Positions 9,025-20,600 of a stretch of DNA of 64,000 nucleotides are shown here, piece by piece. The notes beneath the pieces are model-generated. The model saw nothing but the letters and a program-made list of their open reading frames with translations. It made no database searches and was not told the origin of the DNA. How positions within the stretch are numbered: the first letter of the stretch is position 1; every line of letters begins with the position of its first letter. This DNA comes from Opitutus sp. GAS368 (GTDB lineage: Bacteria > Verrucomicrobiota > Verrucomicrobiia > Opitutales > Opitutaceae): positions 8,862 through 72,861 of the forward strand of contig CAMAVZ010000007.1 in NCBI GenBank assembly GCA_945861645.1, read 5' to 3'. Both the position numbers and the translations under genes were made by a program.

Positions 9025-11016
9025 ATGAAACTTCCGACTGAGATTCTCTCCCAAGCCTCTGCTCAAGCTCGTGGCCTTGCCATCGATGCCATTCATAAGT
9101 GCTCCTCCGGTCACCTCGGTCTGCCCCTTGGGTGTGCGGAAATCGGCGCCGTGCTCTATGGCCATGCTTTGGTGCATAATCCTGACGAGCCCCGCTGGCT
9201 GAACCGCGATCGCTTTGTGCTCTCGGCTGGGCACGGTTCGATGTTTCTCTACACGTGGCTGCACCTGAGTGGCTATGATTTATCACTCGAGGAATTAAAA
9301 AACTTTCGCGTGCTCCACAGCAAAACGCCGGGCCATCCGGAATTTCACGAGACGCCTGGCGTCGAGGCGACGACCGGCCCGCTTGGTCAAGGCATCGGCA
9401 ATGCTGTTGGCCTAGCGCTGTCCGGCCAGATGGCCGCCGCCCATTTTAATACGACCACCCAGAAGATTTTTGATCATCACGTCCTGTGTTTAGCGGGCGA
9501 CGGCTGCATGCAGGAAGGTGTCGCCATGGAGGCGTGCGCTTTCGCGGGTCACCAAGGGCTCGATAATTTGATTCTGATTTACGATGCTAATGACGTCACC
9601 CTCGACGCGATGGCGGCTAAGTCGCAGAGCGAAAACACCGTCGCCCGGTTTAAGGCGATTGGCTGGGATGTTCAGACGCTGCCTAATGGCCACGATCTCA
9701 GCGCGATTCTCAAAGCAATTACTAAAGCCAAAAAAGCGAAGAGCGGCCAACCGCAGTTGATTATTGCGAAGACCGTGATTGGGCAGGGGATTCCGGAAGT
9801 AGCGGGGACCGCCAAAGGTCACGGCGAGGGCGGGGCGAAATTTGCGGCGGCGGCGCGGCAGGGACTCGGCTTGCCGGCGGATCAGCATTTTTATGTGAGT
9901 GACGCCGTGCAGGTTTATTTCGCTGAGCATAAAAAACGGCTCAAGCGCGGTTATAATAAGTGGAAAAAACTTTACGCGGCTTGGCGCGCGGCCGAGCCAG
10001 CTAAAGCCGCGCTGCTCGAGCAGGCCGGCGCGACGCCGAGCGCGGCGCACTTGCTGACCAAAATCCCTCTGTTTCCCCTCGAGGCTAAACTCGCCACTCG
10101 CGCCGCGGGCAGCAATGTATTGCAGCCGCTGGCAGCTGAGTTACCCCTCCTGATTTCCGGCAGCGCGGATCTCCACGGCTCGACATTGAATTATATTGCG
10201 GCTGATAAAGACTTCGATCGCACCAATCGCCTTGGTCGCAATTTGCGTTATGGTATTCGTGAACACGGCATGGCGGCGATTAGCAACGGGGTAGCCTATG
10301 ATGGAATTTTCCGGCCCTCCTGTGCGACGTTCTTGGTTTTTGCTGATTACTCCCGTCCGGCGATGCGGATTGCGGCACTCGCCAAATTGCCGGTGATTTA
10401 TATCTACACCCACGATTCCATTGGGGTGGGTGAGGATGGTCCTACGCATCAACCGGTGGAGACTGTTTCCGGTTTACGGGTTATCCCCAATCTCGACGTC
10501 ATTCGTCCGGCTGATCCTGAAGAAACGGCGGGAGCCTTCGCGGCGGCATTGGAACGCATCTCCGGCCCGACGCTTTTGTCCCTGACGCGTCAGGCCGTGC
10601 CGATGCTGAATGATTGTTCGCCGCACGAACGGCGAGCCGGCGTCTTAAAAGGTGGCTATATTTTGATTCAGGAAATCGCTCCGTTAACGCACATTTTGCT
10701 CGCGAGCGGTAGTGAAGTTCAATGGGCCGTTGCCGCAGCGAAGACCCTCGGTGCTGGTACTCGCGTGGTCTCCATGCCCTCGTTGCTACGCTTTGATCAG
10801 CAACCTGCGGCTTATCGCGAAGCAATCTTGCCAGCAGCTTGTCGTAAACGCGTTGCGATCGAGGCCGGCGTCACCGCGCTTTGGCATAAGTATGTCGGAC
10901 TCGACGGCCACGTAATCGGCATCGATCGCTTTGGCCTCAGTGCCCCAGGTAACATTGCCATGAAAGAACTCGGGATCACGACCGAAGCAGTCGTGGCTGC
11001 GGCGCGGGCTTTGTAA
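9025..11016 (+). CDS. tkt: Transketolase
   Basis: [53 protein letters not shown]. Confidence 0.97.
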   Translation: MKLPTEILSQASAQARGLAIDAIHKCSSGHLGLPLGCAEIGAVLYGHALVHNPDEPRWLNRDRFVLSAGHGSMFLYTWLHLSGYDLSLEELKNFRVLHSKTPGHPEFHETPGVEATTGPLGQGIGNAVGLALSGQMAAAHFNTTTQKIFDHHVLCLAGDGCMQEGVAMEACAFAGHQGLDNLILIYDANDVTLDAMAAKSQSENTVARFKAIGWDVQTLPNGHDLSAILKAITKAKKAKSGQPQLIIAKTVIGQGIPEVAGTAKGHGEGGAKFAAAARQGLGLPADQHFYVSDAVQVYFAEHKKRLKRGYNKWKKLYAAWRAAEPAKAALLEQAGATPSAAHLLTKIPLFPLEAKLATRAAGSNVLQPLAAELPLLISGSADLHGSTLNYIAADKDFDRTNRLGRNLRYGIREHGMAAISNGVAYDGIFRPSCATFLVFADYSRPAMRIAALAKLPVIYIYTHDSIGVGEDGPTHQPVETVSGLRVIPNLDVIRPADPEETAGAFAAALERISGPTLLSLTRQAVPMLNDCSPHERRAGVLKGGYILIQEIAPLTHILLASGSEVQWAVAAAKTLGAGTRVVSMPSLLRFDQQPAAYREAILPAACRKRVAIEAGVTALWHKYVGLDGHVIGIDRFGLSAPGNIAMKELGITTEAVVAAARAL

Positions 11017-11179
11017 ACCGCAAGTGGTCGAGAGCGGGAACGCCCGCAATTTAAACTCGGCCTTTTAACCGAGAGTTCCGCCAATATTGCTCGAGGGTCG
11101 GGCCGGCTGGTTGCAAGCGAACTGATGACTAACTGCTTCCGCCACGTTGCGCAGATTTCACAAAAGACTCCTTGCGAAA

Positions 11180-11199
11180 ATCATTAGGAGGCTAACTGT
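11180..11199. promoter_or_regulatory. Putative MarR-family operator
   Basis: Inverted repeat TTAG-GAGG-CTAA (11184-11195) just downstream of a -35-like TTGCGA (11172-11177), upstream of the marR gene. Confidence 0.5.
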
Positions 11200-11213
11200 C
11201 TGCTGCCTTATTT

Positions 11214-11798
11214 ATGCCTCACCTGCTCATAAAAGATCTTCCGCGCTATGACTGCCTTTTGAAGGCGGCGAAAGAGTTTCCGGATTTAGATCCTTCTGCT
11301 GCAGAGGCGTTTTTGCATCTTCTTCGAACGGGCGATGAGGTTTTTTCGGTTACGGACCGCAGCATGGTTGAGCACCATATTTCGCAGGGCCGTTTTGGCG
11401 TTTTAATGCTATTGTGGCGGAGTGCGGCGCGGTGTGCTGCGGGCTCGCTTGGGGCCGAGCTCCCGATGGACCCGCGCACACCCGCTGAATTAGCCGATGC
11501 CGCCGGCGTGACTCGTGCCACGATGACGGGGCTTTTAGATACTCTCGAGCGCGATGGTTTTGTGAAGCGGGCCCCCGACCCAGATGATCGTCGGATGATT
11601 TCAGTGCGGCTGACGGCGGTAGGGGAACGTTTTTTGCGGGATTTTTTACCCGGACATTTTCAAACCATCACGGCGCTGATGAGTCCGCTGAGTGAGAGTG
11701 AGCGTAAAACGTTGGTTGGCTTGCTCGGTAAAATCCAGCAGCAGGCGGCGGTCCTAGGCTTAGTCAAGCCCGTGTCGGCGCTGGTGGCCGTGGGCTAA
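11214..11798 (+). CDS. MarR family transcriptional regulator
   Basis: TPAELADAAGVTRATMTGLLDTLERDGFVKR..DPDDRR winged HTH. Confidence 0.92.
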   Translation: MPHLLIKDLPRYDCLLKAAKEFPDLDPSAAEAFLHLLRTGDEVFSVTDRSMVEHHISQGRFGVLMLLWRSAARCAAGSLGAELPMDPRTPAELADAAGVTRATMTGLLDTLERDGFVKRAPDPDDRRMISVRLTAVGERFLRDFLPGHFQTITALMSPLSESERKTLVGLLGKIQQQAAVLGLVKPVSALVAVG

Positions 11799-11833
11799 TG
11801 CAATTTTAAAAATTAATCCTGATTTCTCTCTTT

Positions 11834-12955
11834 ATGTTTAAAAAATTCCTCATCGCCCTGGGTGGTTTCATCTTGGTGGTAGCGACGCTCGGCGCGGTCA
11901 AAGTGGCCCAGATCAAAAAATTAGCTTCAGCCCCGCGGCTCGCGCCGGTTAGCGCGGTCACGACCAGTACCGCGGTAGCGGCTACGTGGTACCCGCGGCT
12001 CCAAGCCATCGGCTCCTTGGCCCCAGTGGAAGGAGTCACGGTCAGCGCCGATGCTGACGGCACCATTGTTAAAATTGGCGCCGAGAGCGGCACGCTGGTC
12101 GCGGCCGGGGCTTTATTGGTGGAACTTGATACCAGCGTAGAGTCAGCGCAGTTAAATGCTATCCAAGCCCGCGGTGAATTGGCGCGGATTAATATGTCAC
12201 GCGCGCAAGATCTGCTCGGGAGCAAGGCCATGGCGCGGGCAGAATATGATGCGATCGCCGCAGCTTACAAACAATCGGTCGCCGATTTGGCCGCGCTGCA
12301 GGCCCTTATAGAGAAGAAGCACGTGCGCGCACCTTTTGCCGGTCGGGTCGGCATTCGCCTCGTGAATGTTGGCCAATACGTCGCCAAGGGCCGCGCTCTG
12401 ATGCCGCTCCAAAAGCTCAATCCAATCTTCGTTAATTTTAGTGTGCCGCAGCGGGAGTTACCGAATTTGGTCATCGGACAAAAGACGGTTGTAAGCGTCG
12501 ACGCTTTCCCCGGGGTTAATTTTCCCGGAGCAATTTCTGCAATCAATTCCGAGGTTGATGCCGCTACGCGCAATTTAGGGGTGCAAGCGACGCTGGCCAA
12601 TCCCGCCGAGGTGCTCCGCGCCGGCATGTTTGCTCAGGTGTTCATTGAATTACCCGTGCCCGCCGCTAAAATTGTCTTACCTGCCACCGCCATCGCCTAC
12701 GCTTCCTACGGCAATTCGGTCTTTATTGTCGAAAAAATGAAAAACAAAGCGGGGCAAGAGTACCTCGGCGTGCGCCAGCAAATCGTCCAACTCGGTGTCA
12801 CCCGGGGCGATCTTATCGCCATTGAGGAAGGGGTTAAGGCGGGTGAAGCGGTCGTCACCACGGGAGTTTTCAAGCTGCGCAACGGAGCCGCCGTCCAAAT
12901 TAATAATACGGTCCGTCCCGCCGATAGCGCTACGCCCAAACCAGCAAATACCTGA
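11834..12955 (+). CDS. RND efflux membrane-fusion (periplasmic adaptor) protein
   Basis: N-terminal anchor, lipoyl/hairpin motifs, VRAPFAGRVG, LRAGMF; precedes an RND permease. Confidence 0.92.
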   Translation: MFKKFLIALGGFILVVATLGAVKVAQIKKLASAPRLAPVSAVTTSTAVAATWYPRLQAIGSLAPVEGVTVSADADGTIVKIGAESGTLVAAGALLVELDTSVESAQLNAIQARGELARINMSRAQDLLGSKAMARAEYDAIAAAYKQSVADLAALQALIEKKHVRAPFAGRVGIRLVNVGQYVAKGRALMPLQKLNPIFVNFSVPQRELPNLVIGQKTVVSVDAFPGVNFPGAISAINSEVDAATRNLGVQATLANPAEVLRAGMFAQVFIELPVPAAKIVLPATAIAYASYGNSVFIVEKMKNKAGQEYLGVRQQIVQLGVTRGDLIAIEEGVKAGEAVVTTGVFKLRNGAAVQINNTVRPADSATPKPANT

Positions 12956-13032
12956 ATGCCGAGCTGAGGTAACATGATCGCTCGATCACCCGTTGCTGCA
13001 GTACCAGCGAGTCTACTTTTCTTTTTCGTCCT

Positions 13033-16000
13033 ATGAAATCTTCTTTTACTGACCTGTTCATTCGCAAGCCCGTCATCGCGCTGGTGGTTAACTTGGTCAT
13101 TCTGATTGTCGGTTTGGTCTCATACACTAAGCTCAATACCCGCCAGTATCCTCGCAGCGACAGCGCGGTGGTTAACGTGACCACGATTTATTTCGGAGCC
13201 AGCGCGGACACGGTTCGCGGCTACATTACCACCCAACTGGAGCGCAGTATTTCGAGTGCCGATGGCATCGATTACATTGAGTCGACTAGCACGGCCGGCA
13301 TTAGCACCATTAAGGTTTATCTCCGGCTGAACTACGACACCAACGCCGCGCTGGCGCAGATCAGCTCAAAGATTGATCAGGTGCGCAACGAGTTGCCGCC
13401 CGGTTCGGAGACGCCGACGATCAACGTGGAGACGGCGGATAGCCAATTTGCTTCTGCTTACCTGAGTTTCTACTCCGACACGCTCGATCAGAATCAAATC
13501 ACCGACTATTTGAACCGCATGGTGCAACCACGGCTCTCCGCGGTTAAAGGCATTCAACGCGCGGATGTCTTAGGCGGTCGCGTGTTCGCGATGCGTATTT
13601 GGTTGAAGCCCGAGGAACTTGCGGCGCGTGGTCTCAGTCCCTCCGATATCCGAGCCGCCCTGCAAGCGAACAATGCCCTGGCGGCCGTCGGGGCGACCAA
13701 GGGTTCGATGATTAGCGTCAGCTTGGTCGCAAATACTGATTTGAAAAATGTGGAAGAATTCAAGCAGTTGGTCGTCGCCCAGCGCAACGGCTCGATCATC
13801 CGACTGAGAGATATCGCGGAAATCGTCTTGGGCGCAGAAGATTACAACACCGAGGTAAGATTCGGCGGCCAAACGGCTACTTTTATGGGCCTCTGGGTTT
13901 TGCCCACGGACAGCACCGTAGAGGTGATCGCGCGCGCGCGGGCTATTATGCCGGAGATCGAGCGCGCCCTGCCGGCAGGGTTACACTTCAAACTCGCGTA
14001 TGATGGGACCAAATACATCAGCGACGCGCTCACCGAGATCCTACGCACGTTAATTGAAACGCTGCTCATTGTGATGGTAGTGATTTTCCTGTTCATGGGT
14101 TCGTTGCGTTCGGTGCTCATTCCGATCATCGCGATGCCGCTTTCACTGGTGGGGGCGCTCGCGCTCATGGTGGCTTTTGGTTTTACGATCAACTTGCTTA
14201 CCCTCCTCGCGGTGGTCTTGGCCGTCGGGATCGTGGTGGATGATGCGATCGTGGTAGTGGAAAATATTGAGCGCCATATCCGGGAGGGCCAAACACCCGT
14301 GGAGGCGGCGATTTTGGGTGCGCGGGAATTAGTGGGGCCGGTTATTTCAATGACGATTACCTTGGCCGCCGTTTATGCCCCGATTGCTTTTCAGGGTGGT
14401 CTAACTGGCGCGCTGTTCCGTGAATTTGCGCTGACGCTGGCCGGGGCAGTGGCAGTTTCCGGATTTGTGGCACTCACGCTTTCGCCGATGATGAGTGCTT
14501 ATTTACTTCAGGATCATGATCACGAGGATCAAGGACTCAGCGGGCGCATTAATCGTGGTTTCGACCGCGTCCGGGATCGCTATGAAAAAATTATCGGGGC
14601 CAGCCTCGGCTGGGTGCCAGTAACGATCACGGGGGCGGCGCTGCTGACGCTCTTGCTTGTGCCTTTCTTTATGTTTGCGCAGCGCGAACTCGCGCCCAAA
14701 GAGGACCAAGGGGTGGTCTTTAGTATTTTGCAGCCGGCCCCGACGGCGACGATTGATCAAAATTCCCTCTTCGCCGCGGAGGTGCAGCAAATGTATGCGG
14801 CGGTGCCTGAATACGAAAACTCGTTTCAAGTGACGGGAGCCAATTTTGGCTTTGCTGGTCTCATTTTGAAACCGTGGTCCCAGCGGCAGCGCAACGCCGT
14901 GCAAATTCAAGAGTCATTGCAAGCGCCGGCTGCCACCATTGCGGGGGTCCAACTTATCGTTACGACCCCCGAGCCGCTACCCGCGGGCGGGCAATTCCCC
15001 ATTGAATTGGTGATTCGTTCCACGGACGGGCATCGGGAAATGCTCGAGTACGCGCAGCAACTCGTGCTCTACGCCAACACCGAGGCAAATGCGGCCGGTG
15101 GGGCGCCCACTTTCTATTTTGCGGACAGCGATTTGAAATTCGATTTGCCCCAAGTTGAGATTGATATCGATAAAGACAAAGTTGCTTCCATGGGCCTCAA
15201 CCTCAGCGACGTCGCTCGGGATTTGGGCTCCTTGCTGGGGGGCGGCTACGTCAACCGCTTCGTCAACGACGGCCGCAGCTATCGCGTGATTCCCCAAGTC
15301 GAACGGAGTCAGCGCCTCAACGCGGATCAGCTTTTGAATTACAATGTACGGGGCCCCGCCGGCCAACTGATTCCTTTGTCCACGATTGCGACCCTCAAGC
15401 GCACGGTGCAACCGCGGACGCTGAACCGCTTTCAGCAGCTCAATTCCGTGAAAATCACCGGCGTTGGTCCCAGCATCGATAATGCGTTAAAGAAATTAGA
15501 AGCTAAGGCGGCTGAAATTTTACCGCCGAGTTACTCGATCGATTACGGCGGTCAATCGCGGCAATTGCGCGTGGAGGGTGGGGCACTCTGGAAGGCCGCC
15601 GCGTTGTCGTTGGTGCTCATCTTTCTTGTCTTGGCGGCGCAATTTAACAGCTTTCGCGATCCGTTTATCATTCTGCTCGGCTCCGTGCCGCTCGCGCTGG
15701 TCGGGGCCATGGTGCCGATCTTTCTCTTGAAGACGTCACTCAATATCTATTCGCAGATTGGTCTCATCACCCTCGTCGGCTTGATCGCCAAGAACGGCAT
15801 TCTGATTGTGGAATTCGCGAATACACTGCAAGAGCAGGGGCTGGCGAAGCGCGAGGCCATACGCCGAGCCGCCGCCACCCGCTTGCGGCCCGTCTTGATG
15901 ACCTCAGCCGCGACGGTATTTGGCCATCTCATGCTCATCTTCGTCACCGGACCCGGCGCGGCCGCGCGCAACAGCATCGGCTGGGTGCTCGTCATCGGCA

Positions 16001-16113
16001 TGGCGGTGGGAACCATCTTCACTCTCTACGTGGTGCCGGCCTTTTATATGCTGATCGCTCGTGATCATAATGCGCGGACCGCTAACTCCGTGCAACCCGG
16101 GCTCGCCAAGTGA
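13033..16113 (+). CDS. RND efflux permease (AcrB/MexW-like)
   Basis: 1026 aa; FIRKPV, GIVVDDAIVVVENI, GLIAKNGILIVEFA, RLRPVLMT. Confidence 0.95.
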   Translation: MKSSFTDLFIRKPVIALVVNLVILIVGLVSYTKLNTRQYPRSDSAVVNVTTIYFGASADTVRGYITTQLERSISSADGIDYIESTSTAGISTIKVYLRLNYDTNAALAQISSKIDQVRNELPPGSETPTINVETADSQFASAYLSFYSDTLDQNQITDYLNRMVQPRLSAVKGIQRADVLGGRVFAMRIWLKPEELAARGLSPSDIRAALQANNALAAVGATKGSMISVSLVANTDLKNVEEFKQLVVAQRNGSIIRLRDIAEIVLGAEDYNTEVRFGGQTATFMGLWVLPTDSTVEVIARARAIMPEIERALPAGLHFKLAYDGTKYISDALTEILRTLIETLLIVMVVIFLFMGSLRSVLIPIIAMPLSLVGALALMVAFGFTINLLTLLAVVLAVGIVVDDAIVVVENIERHIREGQTPVEAAILGARELVGPVISMTITLAAVYAPIAFQGGLTGALFREFALTLAGAVAVSGFVALTLSPMMSAYLLQDHDHEDQGLSGRINRGFDRVRDRYEKIIGASLGWVPVTITGAALLTLLLVPFFMFAQRELAPKEDQGVVFSILQPAPTATIDQNSLFAAEVQQMYAAVPEYENSFQVTGANFGFAGLILKPWSQRQRNAVQIQESLQAPAATIAGVQLIVTTPEPLPAGGQFPIELVIRSTDGHREMLEYAQQLVLYANTEANAAGGAPTFYFADSDLKFDLPQVEIDIDKDKVASMGLNLSDVARDLGSLLGGGYVNRFVNDGRSYRVIPQVERSQRLNADQLLNYNVRGPAGQLIPLSTIATLKRTVQPRTLNRFQQLNSVKITGVGPSIDNALKKLEAKAAEILPPSYSIDYGGQSRQLRVEGGALWKAAALSLVLIFLVLAAQFNSFRDPFIILLGSVPLALVGAMVPIFLLKTSLNIYSQIGLITLVGLIAKNGILIVEFANTLQEQGLAKREAIRRAAATRLRPVLMTSAATVFGHLMLIFVTGPGAAARNSIGWVLVIGMAVGTIFTLYVVPAFYMLIARDHNARTANSVQPGLAK

Positions 16114-16144
16114 CCAGCCAACATCTTTTATTCCAGCCTGCTTT

Positions 16145-17518
16145 ATGAAATTTATTTCAAGTTCCTGCGCTTCCCTTGGCCTCGCTCTTCTGCTCAACGG
16201 CCTGCCGCTCACCGCTCAGGTCGATGCCGGTAAGCCGGACCCAACGTACTCCGGGCCGGCCGCACTTGATTTGCCTTACGCCTTGGCCTTTGCCCTCGAT
16301 AATAATTTTGCTATCCGCCAAGCGAAAGAGCGCATTCGCCAGCAGGACGGGGTCGTCTTGGAAGTGCGCAGCACGCAAATTCCAACTGTCGCGGCGGGCG
16401 GCAGCCTCCAGCGCAACGACACCAGCGTCGGCCCAACGGGCGAGGACAGGTACTGGTCTTTCAGTATCACGGCTAAGCAAACGCTTTATTCGGGTGGGGG
16501 AGTCTCGGCTCAGGTGCGCGGGCAACAGCTCAATTTGGATGCCTCCATCCTTACTTTGCAGGCCGTGATCAACGATGCCCTGCTCGAGGTGCGCACGCGC
16601 TTTTACACCGTGCTCGTTAATCGCGAGCGGATCAAAGTGCAGGAGCAAAACACCGAGTTGTTGCAGCGGCAGTTACAGGATGTGAAAAACCGCTATGAAG
16701 CGGGTACCGTTTCCAATTTTGAGGTGCTCCGCTCTGAAGTTGCGCTCGCGAACGCGCAGACCCCGCTCATCACCGCGCGCAATGATTATCGCTTGGCGAT
16801 CGAGGAATTGCGCCGCTCGCTCGGCTTAGTCACAGCGGCCGAGAATAATTTGGCGAATGTTCCTGAATTTCAGGGCACTTTAGAATTTACCCCCGCTAGT
16901 TTTGACCTGCGCACGGCCTTGGTCGCCGCGCGGGAACAGCGGCCTGACCTGCTGCGCTTGAAGAAACTGGCGCAGGCCGCCGAAGAGGGAGTCACCGTTC
17001 GTCGGGCCGGCTATCTGCCTAGCGTGGCGCTTTTTGGGGCCTACGACTGGCGCAAAGCCGCTGGGTCGAATAATTTCCCTGGCGATCGCGACGGCTGGAT
17101 GTTTGGGCTCTCCTCGGCTTGGAATATATTTGATGGTCAGGCCACCTCTGGCCGCGTAGCCCAAGCCCGCTCGCTGCTCGCCCAGGCCAAGCTTTTTGTC
17201 GAGGAGGCTCAGTTATCCGTCGATGTTGATGTTCGCCGGGCCATCTCGACGTTCCAGCAGGCTAATGAACTCGCGGAAGCCTCCAAGAAAGTCGTTGAGC
17301 AAGCCACCGAGGCGCTGCGTCTCGCCAATGCACGCTACAATGCCGGCACCGCTACTCAACTCGATGTGCTGACTTCGCAGGTCGATCTCACGACGGCGCG
17401 GCTCAATCAAGTCCAGGCTTACTACAGCTACAACGTAGCCGTCGCGACGACCCGTAAAGCCATGGGCCTGGCGGATGAGCTGCGTCCGGTTGACTCGTTG
17501 AGCAGGCCCGCCAAATAA
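16145..17518 (+). CDS. TolC family outer-membrane efflux protein
   Basis: Signal peptide MKFISSSCASLGLALLL; two OEP repeats (RYEAGTVSNFEVL, RYNAGTATQLDVL). Confidence 0.9.
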   Translation: MKFISSSCASLGLALLLNGLPLTAQVDAGKPDPTYSGPAALDLPYALAFALDNNFAIRQAKERIRQQDGVVLEVRSTQIPTVAAGGSLQRNDTSVGPTGEDRYWSFSITAKQTLYSGGGVSAQVRGQQLNLDASILTLQAVINDALLEVRTRFYTVLVNRERIKVQEQNTELLQRQLQDVKNRYEAGTVSNFEVLRSEVALANAQTPLITARNDYRLAIEELRRSLGLVTAAENNLANVPEFQGTLEFTPASFDLRTALVAAREQRPDLLRLKKLAQAAEEGVTVRRAGYLPSVALFGAYDWRKAAGSNNFPGDRDGWMFGLSSAWNIFDGQATSGRVAQARSLLAQAKLFVEEAQLSVDVDVRRAISTFQQANELAEASKKVVEQATEALRLANARYNAGTATQLDVLTSQVDLTTARLNQVQAYYSYNVAVATTRKAMGLADELRPVDSLSRPAK

Positions 17519-17628
17519 AGTTCCTGGTTACGGCCTGACGCATAATTTTTCGAGCCCGCGCACCCTAGCCGGGCGGTTTTCAAGCGTGCCATCAATCTCT
17601 TTGCTGTCAGTCTGAAGCCACGGACCGC

Positions 17629-20600
17629 ATGAAATTATTTCGGTTATCATTAATTATCGGTGGCCTAGTGATGCTGGTGGCGGTCAGCCTGGGGACGCTG
17701 GCTTTCAATCCCGCCGTGCAGCGGTGGGCCTTGCTGCGGGGGGCGAAGAATCAACCCAGTCTGCGTCTCGACGTGGCGGACATTGCGGTAGGCTGGTCGA
17801 AGGTTGCGGTGCGCGGCCTGACTTTTCAGCGGGCCGGTTTAAGCGTAAAATTAGGCCACTTGACGGCCGATTATTCACTCTGGGAGGTGTTGGCGCAGCG
17901 GCGTCTATCGATTCATCAACTGACCGTAACCGATTTGCTGATTGATGCTAGGTCAATGGCGGCCCGTCCAGCCGCACTCACCACCGTGGCGTCGCCGGTG
18001 GCGGCGCTGGGGCTCTTGGCGCAATGGCAGCTTCCTGGCGAATTTATCTTGGATGACATTGTGATCGAGGGGCAGGTTTTATTACCGGGGGCCTCGCCCG
18101 TGCTGGCTGACCTTAAGCTCAGCGGCGGCCAGTTTGCTCCGGGTCGAGTCGGCACCTTGCAGCTGAAGGCCGTCTTGAAAAACCCCTCCGCCAGCGCGCG
18201 GGTCGGCGTTTTGCATGCGCAGGTCAAGGTGCAGGCTACGCAGGGTCCGGGGAATTATTTTACTCAGATTAGCGCGTCGGCTATCGCCAACGCAGTGGGA
18301 GACCCCATTGTTGAGCAAACCCAGCTCAAGCTGGCGGCTGAATTGCACCAGTCCCCGGGCGGCGAAAAATATTCTTTCCGCGCCGATACTTTGGTTGAGG
18401 GAGTCCCAGAAAATATCTTGGCTTTAGCCGCAACGTTGCCTCGGGGGGCAATCGAATATGCGGGGCAATGGTCGCTCAAGGCCCGGACCGCGCAAGTGGA
18501 GCCTTTCTTCCTCGGCGGCGCGCTGCCCGATTTCAAGATCAACGGCAGCGGTCAGTTTGTTTTTAACCCCGACCGCACGGCGCTGACCCTCCAAGGAAAA
18601 TTGCAAACCGACCTCAGCCGACTGGAGGCGCTGCACGCAGGTTGGCGCGACTTGGGGGCTGTTTCGGTTACGGCGCAATTTGATATCGCAGGAGCTGGGG
18701 GAATCGTCCGCTTCAACCAACTCGATGTTCGGGTTGACGGTGCGCAGCCAATGCTGGTGTTGCAGGCGAAGCGCGGCGCCCCGGTAAATATTAAGGAGCA
18801 GCACCTGCAGATTGGGCCGGTCGACCTTGGCGACGAACTCGATTTGCATATTATGGGTCTGCCGATCGCTTGGCTTCGACCTTGGGTGCCGCCGGTCGAA
18901 CTCACTGGAGGGTTAATCACGGGCCGCCTTGCGGTCGGCGTGGACCAGCAGCGCTTGCGCTTGCGCATGGTGCAGCCCTTGCGCGTCGCGGCACTCTCCA
19001 TCGCCCAAGGTGGACAGCCGTGGCTAAACCAAGCTGAGGTAAGCTTACAGGCTGAGGCGCTACTCGCGGCGCAAGTATGGACCGTGCAGGTGAGCGCATT
19101 AGCGATGCAGACCGCGGCGGGGGATCGCCTGCAGGCCCAGGTTACGGTCATGCTTCCGGTGACACCTGCGCCCTCCCTTACGATTAAAGCGAATTACACG
19201 GGTGACTGGCCTCAGTTACTGGCCCCTTGGTTGCCGGTGGGCCGCATTCGCTCTGCGGGACAGCTTGAGATTAGCAAAACTGGCGAAAAAATAACCATTC
19301 ACCGCTGTGATTTATCTTTGACCGGTGATCAAGGCGTGCCTCTTGGCCAAATACTCGCTTTGCAGCCGTTCACGGTGGACCTACCTGCCCGCCGCGGATG
19401 GGTTAATCAGGCCCAGCCAGCGATCGCGGACCACAGCGGTGCGAGCGATCTAATGCGGGTGACCTGGGGAGCAATACCGATCGATCGGTTGCCGTTCAGC
19501 CTCGCTGGTGGGCAATTTAGCGGGATAGCCGCGGCGGGGGGATTCTTGCTCGGGGCCCAAGGGAATCAGCTGACCCTCCGCGCGGAGGCTCCGTTAAATT
19601 TCCGCCAACTAACTTGGGTGCAAGCTGGCCGCTCGCGGGTGCGCGACTTACAGCTCACGGCCCAACCTTCGGTTGAGTTTACCGGAGCGGATAATTTTAA
19701 ACTACTGACTGGGGACGTCCTAATCCAGAACACGGCGGGCGCAAAAATTTTCAGTGGGCAAGGTGAATTAGCGCGAACCGCTGAAATCGGCTTGCGGGGC
19801 TCGTTGACGTTGGCGCTGGAGTTGCCGGCGCTATTGGCTCAACCCCTCTGGGGCGGGTCGCCGTTGCTGTCCGCGGGCCGAGTGAGCGGGGAAATTCGGG
19901 TGGCGGGCAACAGACTCGAGCAAGTGGAGGCTCGTTTGACGAGCAATGGACTCGTTGCAGCTACGGGCAACGACGCACTGCCGGTCGCCAATTTAAGTTT
20001 TCGCATGATCGTGCAACCAAGCGGCCAAGTCACAGTGCAGGCTCCGTTGTTATTAGACCGCGCCGGTCAGCGCTCGGATTTAAATTTAAAGCTCGAGCTC
20101 CAACCACGAGTTGGCGGGTACACGGTGGCGGGGCGGGTCAGCGGGGCGCAGGTAGATTATGCTGATGCCATCGCAGTCGGTGGGCTGGTCAGTGCGGCGG
20201 CGCTGCCCCTATTGGCGGCTGCTTCAGCGCCGGCGGGGGTGGTTAAAAATAACGCTGACGCCACGCCTGCTTGGGCCCAGTACAACGGTCGAGTCACCTT
20301 GGACGTGAAGGCGGTGCACTGGGGGGCGGATTGGGCCATGAGCGATTTGACGGGCCAGCTCGGCCTAGAGCCCACGCGTTTAGTGCTCGAGCAGCTGAGT
20401 GCGACCATGGGCGAAAAAAGTAAATTCGCCGCGCAGGGAGAAATTAAATTTAGCGCCGGCGTTATGCCTTACGCCCTGCGGGCCAATTTTTCTTTGCCGG
20501 ATTTCGATGCCGGTAAATTTTTCTCGGCGCTGACGCCGACGAAGCCACCCACGATTGAGGGTTTATTTACCGCGCAAGGAGATTTTGTGGGCGCGGGCCT

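Noticed and set aside
18552..19151. 199-aa antisense ORF, and many similar ORFs opposite real genes (e.g. 9490-10050, 42269-42847, 59153-59668)
   Set aside because: Fully nested opposite well-supported genes, with no recognisable motifs; expected in GC-rich DNA.
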